From positions 186,001 through 250,000 of the IMG/VR virus record IMGVR_UViG_3300050821_009835: a DNA stretch of 64,000 nucleotides; one strand, written 5' to 3'. Every line of letters starts with the position of its first letter. The stretch's first letter is position 1. A program made the position numbers and the translations under genes. This document shows, one piece after another, positions 28,880 through 37,564 of this stretch. The notes beneath the pieces were generated by a model. That model saw nothing but the letters and a program-made list of their open reading frames with translations. It had not been told where the DNA came from and did no database searches.

Positions 28880-29596
28880 ATGCGGGGAACGCTTGCATTG
28901 GCCGAAGAATTCACGCCGTGGTCTGTAGACGTTGATTGGGAAACTGACAATCTCAATAATGTCTATGTCAAACACAGCATAAATCCTGAACGTCTTGAAC
29001 AAATCAAGCGCGAGATAGAATTTGCTGACTTGGTCGAGGACTTGACTGGAAAATACGGCTCGGAGATAAGCTGCCCTTTTCATGGCACTGACTCAACCCC
29101 TTCCTTCTATATTTATCCCGTCTCTAGAGGTAACAACGGATGGTGCTTCGGTTGTCCGCCAGGCCACCAATATTGGGACCATGTACGTTTTGTTAAAGAA
29201 CTCCTTGGGTACAGTTATCCGAAGGCCGTTGAATATCTAGAAAAACAATACAGCCTACCGTTCATTCCCGATGTAGAAGAGGAAATCGAAGAAGAGGAGG
29301 AAACGGGTGAGGTCACAATTACTGTTGAACCAGAGGATTTGACTGAACTTTTTGTACTCCACGCACGCCGCGAAATACAAACTAATCGTGATACTGAGCA
29401 AGCTGAAGAGTTCTTACGTATTTATTTTGAGGCCGAGAAACTTGTTATAGACGCCAAAGCTCTCAATGAATCGAATGAGCTTGAAGATCCCCAAGAGCGT
29501 CGTGAAGAAGTGAATCGGATGAGAACTCTAGCAGCCATTAAGTTGGCAAGAGTATTAGGAACTGAAGTTGTGGATCAAGTCGTGGGGTCGAAATGA
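28880..29596 (+). CDS. Stand-alone CHC2 primase zinc-finger protein with acidic helical tail
   Basis: SCPFHGTDSTPSFYIY...WCFGC; no TOPRIM domain. Confidence 0.8.
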   Translation: MRGTLALAEEFTPWSVDVDWETDNLNNVYVKHSINPERLEQIKREIEFADLVEDLTGKYGSEISCPFHGTDSTPSFYIYPVSRGNNGWCFGCPPGHQYWDHVRFVKELLGYSYPKAVEYLEKQYSLPFIPDVEEEIEEEEETGEVTITVEPEDLTELFVLHARREIQTNRDTEQAEEFLRIYFEAEKLVIDAKALNESNELEDPQERREEVNRMRTLAAIKLARVLGTEVVDQVVGSK

Positions 29597-32500
29597 AGGT
29601 TGTACAAGTAGATATCAAGCCTGCTTCACTTAGGAAAATCCGTAAAATCAAACCTAAAAAACTTAAGAAGCCCAAGCCGCGTCGTGACCTTCACACGATG
29701 TTCCGTAGACATCTTTCCACTCTTGATGTTGAGAAGTTAAAGAAGCCCTGGATGGCTTCTAAAGCCTTTCGTTTGATTGACACTAAAGACGCGCTTTGGG
29801 AATGGGCGCGGGGTATCATGGCGGATAAATCCCGTTATCATCTTAATCCAATTGCTAAACAGGAGATGCCTGTCATAGCAGTTGACACGGAAAACACTGG
29901 ACTAGATACACGTATCATCACGATCATTGATGAAAACCCTGATGGTACTTTATCTTTTCGTTACGAAGTTAACATTGAAGTTGCCGGATTATGTTTATCA
30001 GCCGATGGTATTGAGGGCATCTATGTCCCGGTTAATCACGAGTTTGGGGCTTGGGTGCGTCCGATCTACGACCCAGCAGATCCCTCTAAAATTATAGAGG
30101 AAGGGTACTGGGGTCCGGCTGTTAACGTCAGCCGTGAAGATGTAGCTGAAGTTCTCCAATGGTTATTTGATCAATGCCATCTTGTCTTTTATAATGCTAA
30201 ATACGATCGTGAAGTTATTCGTGTCACACTAGGCATTAACTTCCGGGGCTACCCGTTCTTTGAAGACGTTCAGGTGATGCAATATATCAATGATCCCAAG
30301 GCAGACTTGGGCGACAGGGGCAAATATACTGGTGACAGCGGCGGCCTAAAATCCCTGTCCGCAAATGTTCTTGGCTTGGATCAGATTCATTCTGAGGATT
30401 TGCTCAAAGTTAGAGCCGATTTCTTCAACCCAGTGGGTAACAAAACCACGCTTCGTGTTCAATATGCCCCGTTCACTTGGCTTCCAACTGAAGTGGCTCT
30501 TTGGTATGCGGCAGCTGACTCTATTTGCACCTGGCTTTTGTGGTTTCAAATGAAGAACAAAGCGCGGGAACGCGGTCTTGTTCATCGTATTGATCACGAG
30601 TTAGTAGAGTCCTTGACTTATTTAGAGCGGCAGCGTTTCATCGTAGACATCGCAAAACATAAACGCACGGTTAATTGGCACGATCGTATGCTGTCTGAGA
30701 TGGGAGCCAAGTTACGCCTGATGGCGTTGGAGGCTGGATTTGTAGAGGAAAAGAACCCAGACGGTACTGTTGATCCTGATAATCGTTTCAACCCAGACAG
30801 CAATCCTCAGTTGGGGAAATTTCTCTTTGGTGTAAAGAGATTCAAAGTTATACGGATGGGAAAACTTCTCCCATCCGTAGACGCTGAAGTTATCAAGGAA
30901 TTGCAGAAGCAACATCCCGAAGATGAATTCCTTAAGTTGTTCTCTAGATACAAAGCATATGTTGCTCTTCATCCCGAGAGCCTGCGCTTTGATACTCGTG
31001 ATAATTCCGCTCGTGTCTATCTAAAGCAGAACGTGGTAGCTGGTGGACGCCTGGCTGCTGCTGGAGGAGACTTTGACATCGATGGTGGGTTTGGTCTTAA
31101 CCCGCAAGGCATTAAACGTGTAGAAGGTAACTGGTGGGTTCGTGGCAACGTGCTGGAACCAGATAATGTTCCGGAAGATCAGGTTGAAGAATACACTGAA
31201 GCTGATCTACACCCATCTTGTTTCAAAGAAGATAAGGGCATAAAGAAGAAAGCACCCGGGATTGTCAAAAACCACATCGGCAATTATATGGGCTACGCTA
31301 TTTGCCTTGTCCCTAAGTGTACTTCTTGCGCTAACAGGCATGGTGTCTTATTAGCGGATTCACGCATGGACGCTAATCAGGTGGTCAATATCCGCACCTT
31401 GATGGTTGCGCCTCCAGGTTTTACCTTCTTCACAATCGATTATAGCAACATTGAAATGCGAGCAGCGGCTAACTGCTCAGGTGAACCGGAATTCATTAAG
31501 GAATTCTTAGAGGGTAAGGGAGATTTTCACTCGCTAACCGCCAGCAAGGTGTTCCCGGCTTTCAACGACCCAAACATCGACAAAGCTGTCAAGAAAGCTC
31601 TGCGTTCCCTTGCTAAGATCATCAACTTTGCCTTGCTGTATGGTGGTACGGAGTACACAATCTATGAGAACATGAAGAAGGAAAAACCGGACATTACTTG
31701 GGATGAATGTAAGGATATGGTCGCCAAGTACTGGGAAGGAGTTCCTGTTTTTGCTGAGTTCTGTAACAAGAAACAGACTATTGCTCGCGAAAAGATGACC
31801 TGCACCACAAGTACAGGTCGTGTTATTTACTTCAAGTCTGCGATGGATGCTTTAGGCATTCATATGCCCAATGAATCAGAGAAGGATAACTACTGGCAAT
31901 ACCGTAATTTACAGAAGAAGGAAGAAGAAGCTAAAAAACAAGGGAACGAAGATCTTGCAGCTAAATGTAAGGTGTTGTATGATCGTATGTGGAAGGATCA
32001 AACCACAGGCGTTCGCAACTACCAAGACTACAATCGTTTCATGGGTAAGATTCAGCGCGTGGCTGTCAATGTACCTCTCCAGGGTCTGGCTGGTGATTTC
32101 ATGCGTATCAGCTTGAATCGTATCCGTGCTTGGGCATTGAGCAATCCCATTATTCAATCCGTATTCCGGCTCTTTTGTTCAGTTCATGATGAAATCGATT
32201 TCGCCGTTAAGAACGAATATTGCCCATTCGTATTGCCTCGTTTGACGCGTCTCATGAAGCTGCGTAAATACCACGAGAAAATGAAGTGGCCCGTCCCGGT
32301 TGAGTGTGATTGCGAATATGGTTTATCATGGGATGTTGAACACCACTTAACAGGTGATGAAGGGCACAAGCCCGCTGGATGGTCTAAAGTTCCGGGAATG
32401 GAAAACTACATTCCCGATGGGGTAGATCCGGTCGATATCAAGACTTTGCGAGATGCCATCGTATCGGGTGATATTCTCCGTAAAACTAACGCTGAGAAAT

Positions 32501-33207
32501 TCCTTAAAGAAAACTTGCATCCACGTTGTGATGAAGCCATTAAAGTAGCACTGGCTCAGACTCAACCTCAAGCTGCTTTACAGGCAATCATCATCGCTTT
32601 CCAACTTGATGAGTATTGGAAAATCGATCATATCCCCGACGGGCAGGACGATACCATGGAGACGTTGGAGCAATTTGAAGCTCGCAACGGTCTTACGGCG
32701 AAAGACCGAGGCGTTATGCCAGAGATGGGTTATTTAGGAGCTATCCCGTTAACGGCGAATATCAAGAGACCGACTCTCCAGGTTCTGGGTAAGGACGTAC
32801 CTGCTGAAGACGTTACAATCGTCGTTTCCGATACAGAGATCGCCGTAGAGGAACCTTGTCAGAATTCAGGACCCATAGTGTCAGATTGCGAAGATTGTCA
32901 CCCAGACCATGAATGCCCTGGGCCAAGTACATCGGATGAAGATGTTATAGGAGATTTCGTGAAAAAGAAGCCTGTTGCTGAAACGATTTCAATACAGCCT
33001 CCATTGGTACCATCTACACCTGGGGCTGAAATCCCAGAATTGATTGATATGGATGCGACGACTATTAAACAATTCAAAACTGCTATGGGAGTTGGAAGGA
33101 ACAAGATTCGAGTTCGGTATCAAGGCACGTTATTGGATCTTGGAGATGTTTCATTGACAAAGATCCCGGATGAGTTTATCCATAAGGAGCAACCTGTTGG
33201 TGCGTAA
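29593..33207 (+). CDS. polA: Family A DNA polymerase with 3'-5' exonuclease domain
   Basis: Exo I VDTE, Exo II NAKYD, Exo III YAAAD. Motif A TIDYSNIEMR, motif B RSLAKIINFALLYG, motif C VHDEID. Confidence 0.95.
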   Translation: MKVVQVDIKPASLRKIRKIKPKKLKKPKPRRDLHTMFRRHLSTLDVEKLKKPWMASKAFRLIDTKDALWEWARGIMADKSRYHLNPIAKQEMPVIAVDTENTGLDTRIITIIDENPDGTLSFRYEVNIEVAGLCLSADGIEGIYVPVNHEFGAWVRPIYDPADPSKIIEEGYWGPAVNVSREDVAEVLQWLFDQCHLVFYNAKYDREVIRVTLGINFRGYPFFEDVQVMQYINDPKADLGDRGKYTGDSGGLKSLSANVLGLDQIHSEDLLKVRADFFNPVGNKTTLRVQYAPFTWLPTEVALWYAAADSICTWLLWFQMKNKARERGLVHRIDHELVESLTYLERQRFIVDIAKHKRTVNWHDRMLSEMGAKLRLMALEAGFVEEKNPDGTVDPDNRFNPDSNPQLGKFLFGVKRFKVIRMGKLLPSVDAEVIKELQKQHPEDEFLKLFSRYKAYVALHPESLRFDTRDNSARVYLKQNVVAGGRLAAAGGDFDIDGGFGLNPQGIKRVEGNWWVRGNVLEPDNVPEDQVEEYTEADLHPSCFKEDKGIKKKAPGIVKNHIGNYMGYAICLVPKCTSCANRHGVLLADSRMDANQVVNIRTLMVAPPGFTFFTIDYSNIEMRAAANCSGEPEFIKEFLEGKGDFHSLTASKVFPAFNDPNIDKAVKKALRSLAKIINFALLYGGTEYTIYENMKKEKPDITWDECKDMVAKYWEGVPVFAEFCNKKQTIAREKMTCTTSTGRVIYFKSAMDALGIHMPNESEKDNYWQYRNLQKKEEEAKKQGNEDLAAKCKVLYDRMWKDQTTGVRNYQDYNRFMGKIQRVAVNVPLQGLAGDFMRISLNRIRAWALSNPIIQSVFRLFCSVHDEIDFAVKNEYCPFVLPRLTRLMKLRKYHEKMKWPVPVECDCEYGLSWDVEHHLTGDEGHKPAGWSKVPGMENYIPDGVDPVDIKTLRDAIVSGDILRKTNAEKFLKENLHPRCDEAIKVALAQTQPQAALQAIIIAFQLDEYWKIDHIPDGQDDTMETLEQFEARNGLTAKDRGVMPEMGYLGAIPLTANIKRPTLQVLGKDVPAEDVTIVVSDTEIAVEEPCQNSGPIVSDCEDCHPDHECPGPSTSDEDVIGDFVKKKPVAETISIQPPLVPSTPGAEIPELIDMDATTIKQFKTAMGVGRNKIRVRYQGTLLDLGDVSLTKIPDEFIHKEQPVGA

Positions 33208-33270
33208 AGAAGACAAAGGCTTGAATTGGTTTAAGGTCACTAAGTTTTGTCCTAAGTATGGAGAAACAAA

Positions 33271-34158
33271 GTGAGCGATAGCCCGGTTACACCAGACATC
33301 CCAACTCTGGATATCAAAACACAATTAACGAGTAAAGCCAAGGAATTAAAGCGTGTTCCTGGTTTTCGTACATCTGAAAAGATGTTACCCTACGATTCCA
33401 CTAAAGTCTACACTCAAATGGGTACAGCAGTACAGGCTTCCGCAGCTGCAAATTCAGCAATGCGTAGAATTGCTATCGTTTTAGATGATGTTCAGGTTTC
33501 TCGAGATAGTCAAACTGGGGCTTTGGTCGAAAAACTAAATGATCATGTTAAACGAGTAGACGGCAGGGATCTTCAACTCCTTTTTCAACGACTGAAAGAA
33601 GTTAATTCAGCAGTTGAAGCGGCAAAGAAACAATTAGAGAAGTGCAACGGTGTGTCTCAAGATTGGAGTGAGTACGAATTACTACTTCAGAAATTCACCT
33701 CAGTAAAATCAGCCGAATTGGTGCCGCTCATCTCTAAAGCGTTCGGAGATATGAAATCTGCAATGGTTTGGTATCAAAAGATGCTAGAATCTCATCGCGT
33801 AGAAGATCAAGTGGAGCTTCTTCCTGTGTTGGAAGAGTTAAAGAAAATTGTAGCAAAACTTGGAAAGGCTCGTGAAGACAAGATTCATGCTGCTGTAGCT
33901 ATGGAAGAGCGGTTTTCAAAGTCGCGCCGAGCATATTGGGCTGAAAAGCGTAGCAACGCTAATCTGTTGAAAAAGTCCAACCGCACTCGTCCAGTAGTTC
34001 ATGAAAACATGCCGTACCCAGTAAACAGCGTAACTCCTGTTGTTTCGCTGGACCCAAAACAGCTTCTAGAACAAGCTGGGGAACAAATCAGAACTAAAGA
34101 AAAATTGAAGAAAACAGCGTTAAAACAGCAAGAAATCGACGAAAAAGAGTCAAATTAG
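33271..34158 (+). CDS. Hypothetical coiled-coil protein
   Basis: 295 aa, K/E-rich and helical. Confidence 0.55.
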   Translation: MSDSPVTPDIPTLDIKTQLTSKAKELKRVPGFRTSEKMLPYDSTKVYTQMGTAVQASAAANSAMRRIAIVLDDVQVSRDSQTGALVEKLNDHVKRVDGRDLQLLFQRLKEVNSAVEAAKKQLEKCNGVSQDWSEYELLLQKFTSVKSAELVPLISKAFGDMKSAMVWYQKMLESHRVEDQVELLPVLEELKKIVAKLGKAREDKIHAAVAMEERFSKSRRAYWAEKRSNANLLKKSNRTRPVVHENMPYPVNSVTPVVSLDPKQLLEQAGEQIRTKEKLKKTALKQQEIDEKESN

Positions 34159-34186
34159 CCTTTTCGTACGTAGTTAGAGGGCAAGT

Positions 34187-36646
34187 ATGCCAAAACCAAA
34201 AGTCGTTCGTGCTACGAATCGCGACCGTGGTACTAATTTTACAGTAGGAGCTAAGAAGCAGCGTCGAGTTGTTGCTACCGGGTTAGATCCAACCACAGGC
34301 AAGAGCCGTGAATTCGCTTCGGTTGGGCGCTATTCCAGCACAGACAGTAAAGGTCGCATTGTTGAAGATGTAGGCACTCGTAATCGGATGCGCAATATCA
34401 ACCGGGCCGCGAATGCTTTGGTGTTTGGCGGTGGGTTGGATAAAACAGCTGCTCTCTTTGGTGACTCAATGATGGGCGGGGCTGACATTGTTGATTCTCA
34501 GAACATCGGCTATTACTCTTACGAGTTTCCTGTAGACGCTCTAGAATTACCACAATCCCGCGCTGAAGAACTCCGTTTCTACCGCCTAGCGTATGATCGT
34601 GATCCAATTGTCTCCCGCGCCATCAATATGCACGTTGAATTGCCTCTCTCTAAGATGACGCTGGAGAAGCCCAAATGCTCCTCCGAAGAATTCAAGGACT
34701 ACATATTCGATTGGTATCAAGGTCTGATCAATGACAAGAAACTGTTTTCGGTCTTAATCGACGGTGCCCGTGAATTCTGGCTCCTTGGAGAATGTTTCTT
34801 TTATATTGAAGAGAAACAGAAGACTGAGCCTTGTCCCGTTGCTAAGAAACAAATAGACGAAGAGGAAAAGGGTGAAAGCTCCGACCCTGGAAAAGAGTCC
34901 GAATTTAACCCGCCAATGGGTGGGAGCGCGGGTGATCTAATGGATTGGATTGAACCCACCCGTAAAGCATCACTTATCAAAAAAGCAGCAGCGGTCATTG
35001 ACACGATTAAGAAGGGTGGCCTTTCGTTCAATCCAGATGAATCACTCAAGGATGTCATCGCGGAGTTGAAAAAGAAAAAAGCAGCTCTTTTAAAGTTGCA
35101 GCGTAAGGTCGCCAAAGTTATCGGTCGCGTTAATCAGAAAGATGAATATCCGATCCAGGTCACTGCTGATATCTCAAAAATTGCAGAACCTCCAGTCCCC
35201 GGCGCGAACCCAGCCCCAGAACCTGGCAAACCCGGCGCGGACCCAAATGTAGAACCGGCTCCAGGTAGCGAAGGTGCCCCGCAAGGACCGGATGGGATGG
35301 CAGATGTGGATGTTCCAGGTGGTGGTGCAGGTGTGCCTCCAATGGGAGGTGGGGGAGGAGGGGCAGTTACACCAGCTGATCTAGGTGGAGAAGTCAAGGA
35401 CGCTGTAGCTTTGGGTGTTAGCATCGACGAACAGCGCGAACTTATGGAGATGCGTCATTATCTTAAGTTGTTAGAGCGTAAGAAGCAACTGTTGGAAGAG
35501 TTGCAAGAACTCCGTGAAAAGCGCAAAGAAGAATTGGAACTTTTCTCCCACGTAACCAATCCAAACTACCGGGGCTTCTTCCGCATTCAGATCCTGCCTC
35601 CTGAGCAAATGGAGATGTCTAACGAGGGTACATTGGAGGATGGCCCTACCATCTATTACAAACCACCCGAAGCTCAAAAGGAACAATATCTCGAAAGCGA
35701 GAATACTCCAGCTGAAGTTAAGGATAAGATTCAGGAAGAGGGCAAGATCCCTTTGAATCAGGACCCGTTTAAGGGTTCTTATGTAATCCATTTTGCTCGT
35801 AAAAAAGCAAACTATGAATTACACGGGCGTTCTATTGTCCAACCTGTTATCCGATCCTGCATATATCGCGAGAAACTGCGCCAAGTACAATCCACGATTG
35901 CTTCTCGTAACATGACACCAAAAACGATGGTGACTGCGCCTGGTGTGCCATTGTCAGAAATCATGCAGTTGCGTGCTCATATTGATGAAGCGAAGGCTGA
36001 CCCAGACTACACGATCGTGGTGAATTACGATGCACAATGGAATGAGATTGGATCGGAAGCTCGTTTATTGGCACTGGATGGAGAATACCAACATACTAAC
36101 TCTGATCTAGCTATTGGATTGGGCTTATCCCCTGAAATTCTTATCGGGGAAGGTTTGTATAGCGGAAACCGTATTCAATTGGAAATTCTCAACACAGCAT
36201 ATCTGCAGTTCCGTGATTTGATTACGGGGATTGTGGAAGATCTGATCTTTAAGCCGTTGGCGATGAAGAAGGGATTTTATGAGATAGATAAATGGGGCAG
36301 GCCAAGATGGATTTTTCCTAAGGTCACATTCTCCAGAATGGCACTTCGCGACTCTGGTGATTTATTCGACATGATGTTTAATCTTTACGCGAAGGGGTCC
36401 CTTCCAGTTTCAATAATCTACGAATTTTTAAACATAGATTCTGAAGATTGCAAACGGAAATTGGAAGACGATTTGTTCACTGTAAACGATGCGAAATTCA
36501 GCGAACTTCTGTCAACATTGTATAGTTCAATGGCTGACTTGATCCTATCAAAATCTGATCTTTTAAAACGTGTTATAGAAGGCTTGACCCTGAATGAAGT
36601 GGACACAGACGATCAAGGACCAGAAGGCAGCGGCGAGGGTATGTGA
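34187..36646 (+). CDS. Portal protein
   Basis: YRLAYDRDPIVSRAINMHVELPLS, REFWLLGECFFY, HFARK..YELHGRSIVQP, LAIGLGLS and FKPLAMKKGF; large-myovirus portal pattern. Confidence 0.7.
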   Translation: MPKPKVVRATNRDRGTNFTVGAKKQRRVVATGLDPTTGKSREFASVGRYSSTDSKGRIVEDVGTRNRMRNINRAANALVFGGGLDKTAALFGDSMMGGADIVDSQNIGYYSYEFPVDALELPQSRAEELRFYRLAYDRDPIVSRAINMHVELPLSKMTLEKPKCSSEEFKDYIFDWYQGLINDKKLFSVLIDGAREFWLLGECFFYIEEKQKTEPCPVAKKQIDEEEKGESSDPGKESEFNPPMGGSAGDLMDWIEPTRKASLIKKAAAVIDTIKKGGLSFNPDESLKDVIAELKKKKAALLKLQRKVAKVIGRVNQKDEYPIQVTADISKIAEPPVPGANPAPEPGKPGADPNVEPAPGSEGAPQGPDGMADVDVPGGGAGVPPMGGGGGGAVTPADLGGEVKDAVALGVSIDEQRELMEMRHYLKLLERKKQLLEELQELREKRKEELELFSHVTNPNYRGFFRIQILPPEQMEMSNEGTLEDGPTIYYKPPEAQKEQYLESENTPAEVKDKIQEEGKIPLNQDPFKGSYVIHFARKKANYELHGRSIVQPVIRSCIYREKLRQVQSTIASRNMTPKTMVTAPGVPLSEIMQLRAHIDEAKADPDYTIVVNYDAQWNEIGSEARLLALDGEYQHTNSDLAIGLGLSPEILIGEGLYSGNRIQLEILNTAYLQFRDLITGIVEDLIFKPLAMKKGFYEIDKWGRPRWIFPKVTFSRMALRDSGDLFDMMFNLYAKGSLPVSIIYEFLNIDSEDCKRKLEDDLFTVNDAKFSELLSTLYSSMADLILSKSDLLKRVIEGLTLNEVDTDDQGPEGSGEGM

Positions 36647-36692
36647 TCCCCGCGTTTTCTGACTTTCTAGGTATTAAGCAGAGGGTCAGAAA

Positions 36693-37442
36693 ATGTTCAT
36701 CTATCTTATCGTCAACCATATCACCGGGAAATATTACGTTGGACAACACAAAGGCAAGAGTCTCCAGAAATACCTCGTAGCCAAATTCTGGGATGCCCGT
36801 CATCAGAGAAACGGACGATCCTATCTCTACAACTCCATGAGAAAACATCCGGACCCTTCGGTCTGGTCCATTCACGCTCTCCTATCCGATATCCAAACCA
36901 AAACTGAACTAGATAAGTATGAAAAAGAGTTCATCAAGTTTCTTCGTTCACGAGATCCTGAATACGGATACAATATCTGTAAAGGTGGAGAGGGTTTCAC
37001 TGGTCCGGGGTTCAGGGGGCCACGTACTGAGGAGTGGAAGCAAAAGATAAGAAAGACCATGAAAGAACGCAACATAAAGCCCCGTTTACGCTGGTCTTCC
37101 TTAAAAGACATGACTGGGCAAATTATAAATGGTATAGAGATCCTCAGAAGGCTAGAAAATAATAAAGAAGAAGATGCAATCTGGTTTTGCCAGTGTTTTT
37201 GTGGTAGAACTTTTACAGCTGTAGGGAGTTGTTTACGAAGCGGGCATACCCGAAGCTGCGGCTGTCTCAAAATCCAACAGAACGAACAGAACTTGAGTCA
37301 TGGATCAGAAGCGGGTTTGAAAAAGATGCGAGATGACCCTCAAGAATTTTCCCGTAGGGTAAAAATGGGGATGAGACGTGCTAAAGCAGCAAGGGAGCGA
37401 TCCAAACAAAACTATCTTTCCCAATCACAGGGTGCTGCATGA
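36693..37442 (+). mobile_element. Free-standing GIY-YIG homing endonuclease
   Basis: FIYLIVNHITGKYYVGQH, YGYNICKGGEG, NUMOD-like RTEEWKQKI, and a WFCQCFCG...HTRSCGC Zn module. Confidence 0.85.
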
Positions 37443-37554
37443 AATACTGGCTTCGATTCTTGTTTTTGAATTCTGCGGAATTCGCGGCATTTAGACTGTT
37501 ACGCCGTCTAGAGAGTTACAGTCATGAAGTCAACTTTCCAAAACAATCACAGGG
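37422..37554 (+). repeat. 11-bp direct repeat CAATCACAGGG (37422-37432, 37544-37554)
   Basis: Exact copies at the 3' ends of the endonuclease gene and the following small ORF. Confidence 0.6.
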
Positions 37555-37561
37555 AGTGTAA
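37439..37561 (+). CDS. Small hypothetical protein (40 aa)
   Basis: ATG overlaps the endonuclease stop: MKYWLRFLFL...FPKQSQGV. Confidence 0.4.
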   Translation: MKYWLRFLFLNSAEFAAFRLLRRLESYSHEVNFPKQSQGV

Positions 37562-37564
37562 CTT

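Noticed and set aside
29593-36646. Inteins or group I introns in polA or the portal
   Set aside because: No C/S...HN intein termini, LAGLIDADG motifs or frame breaks.
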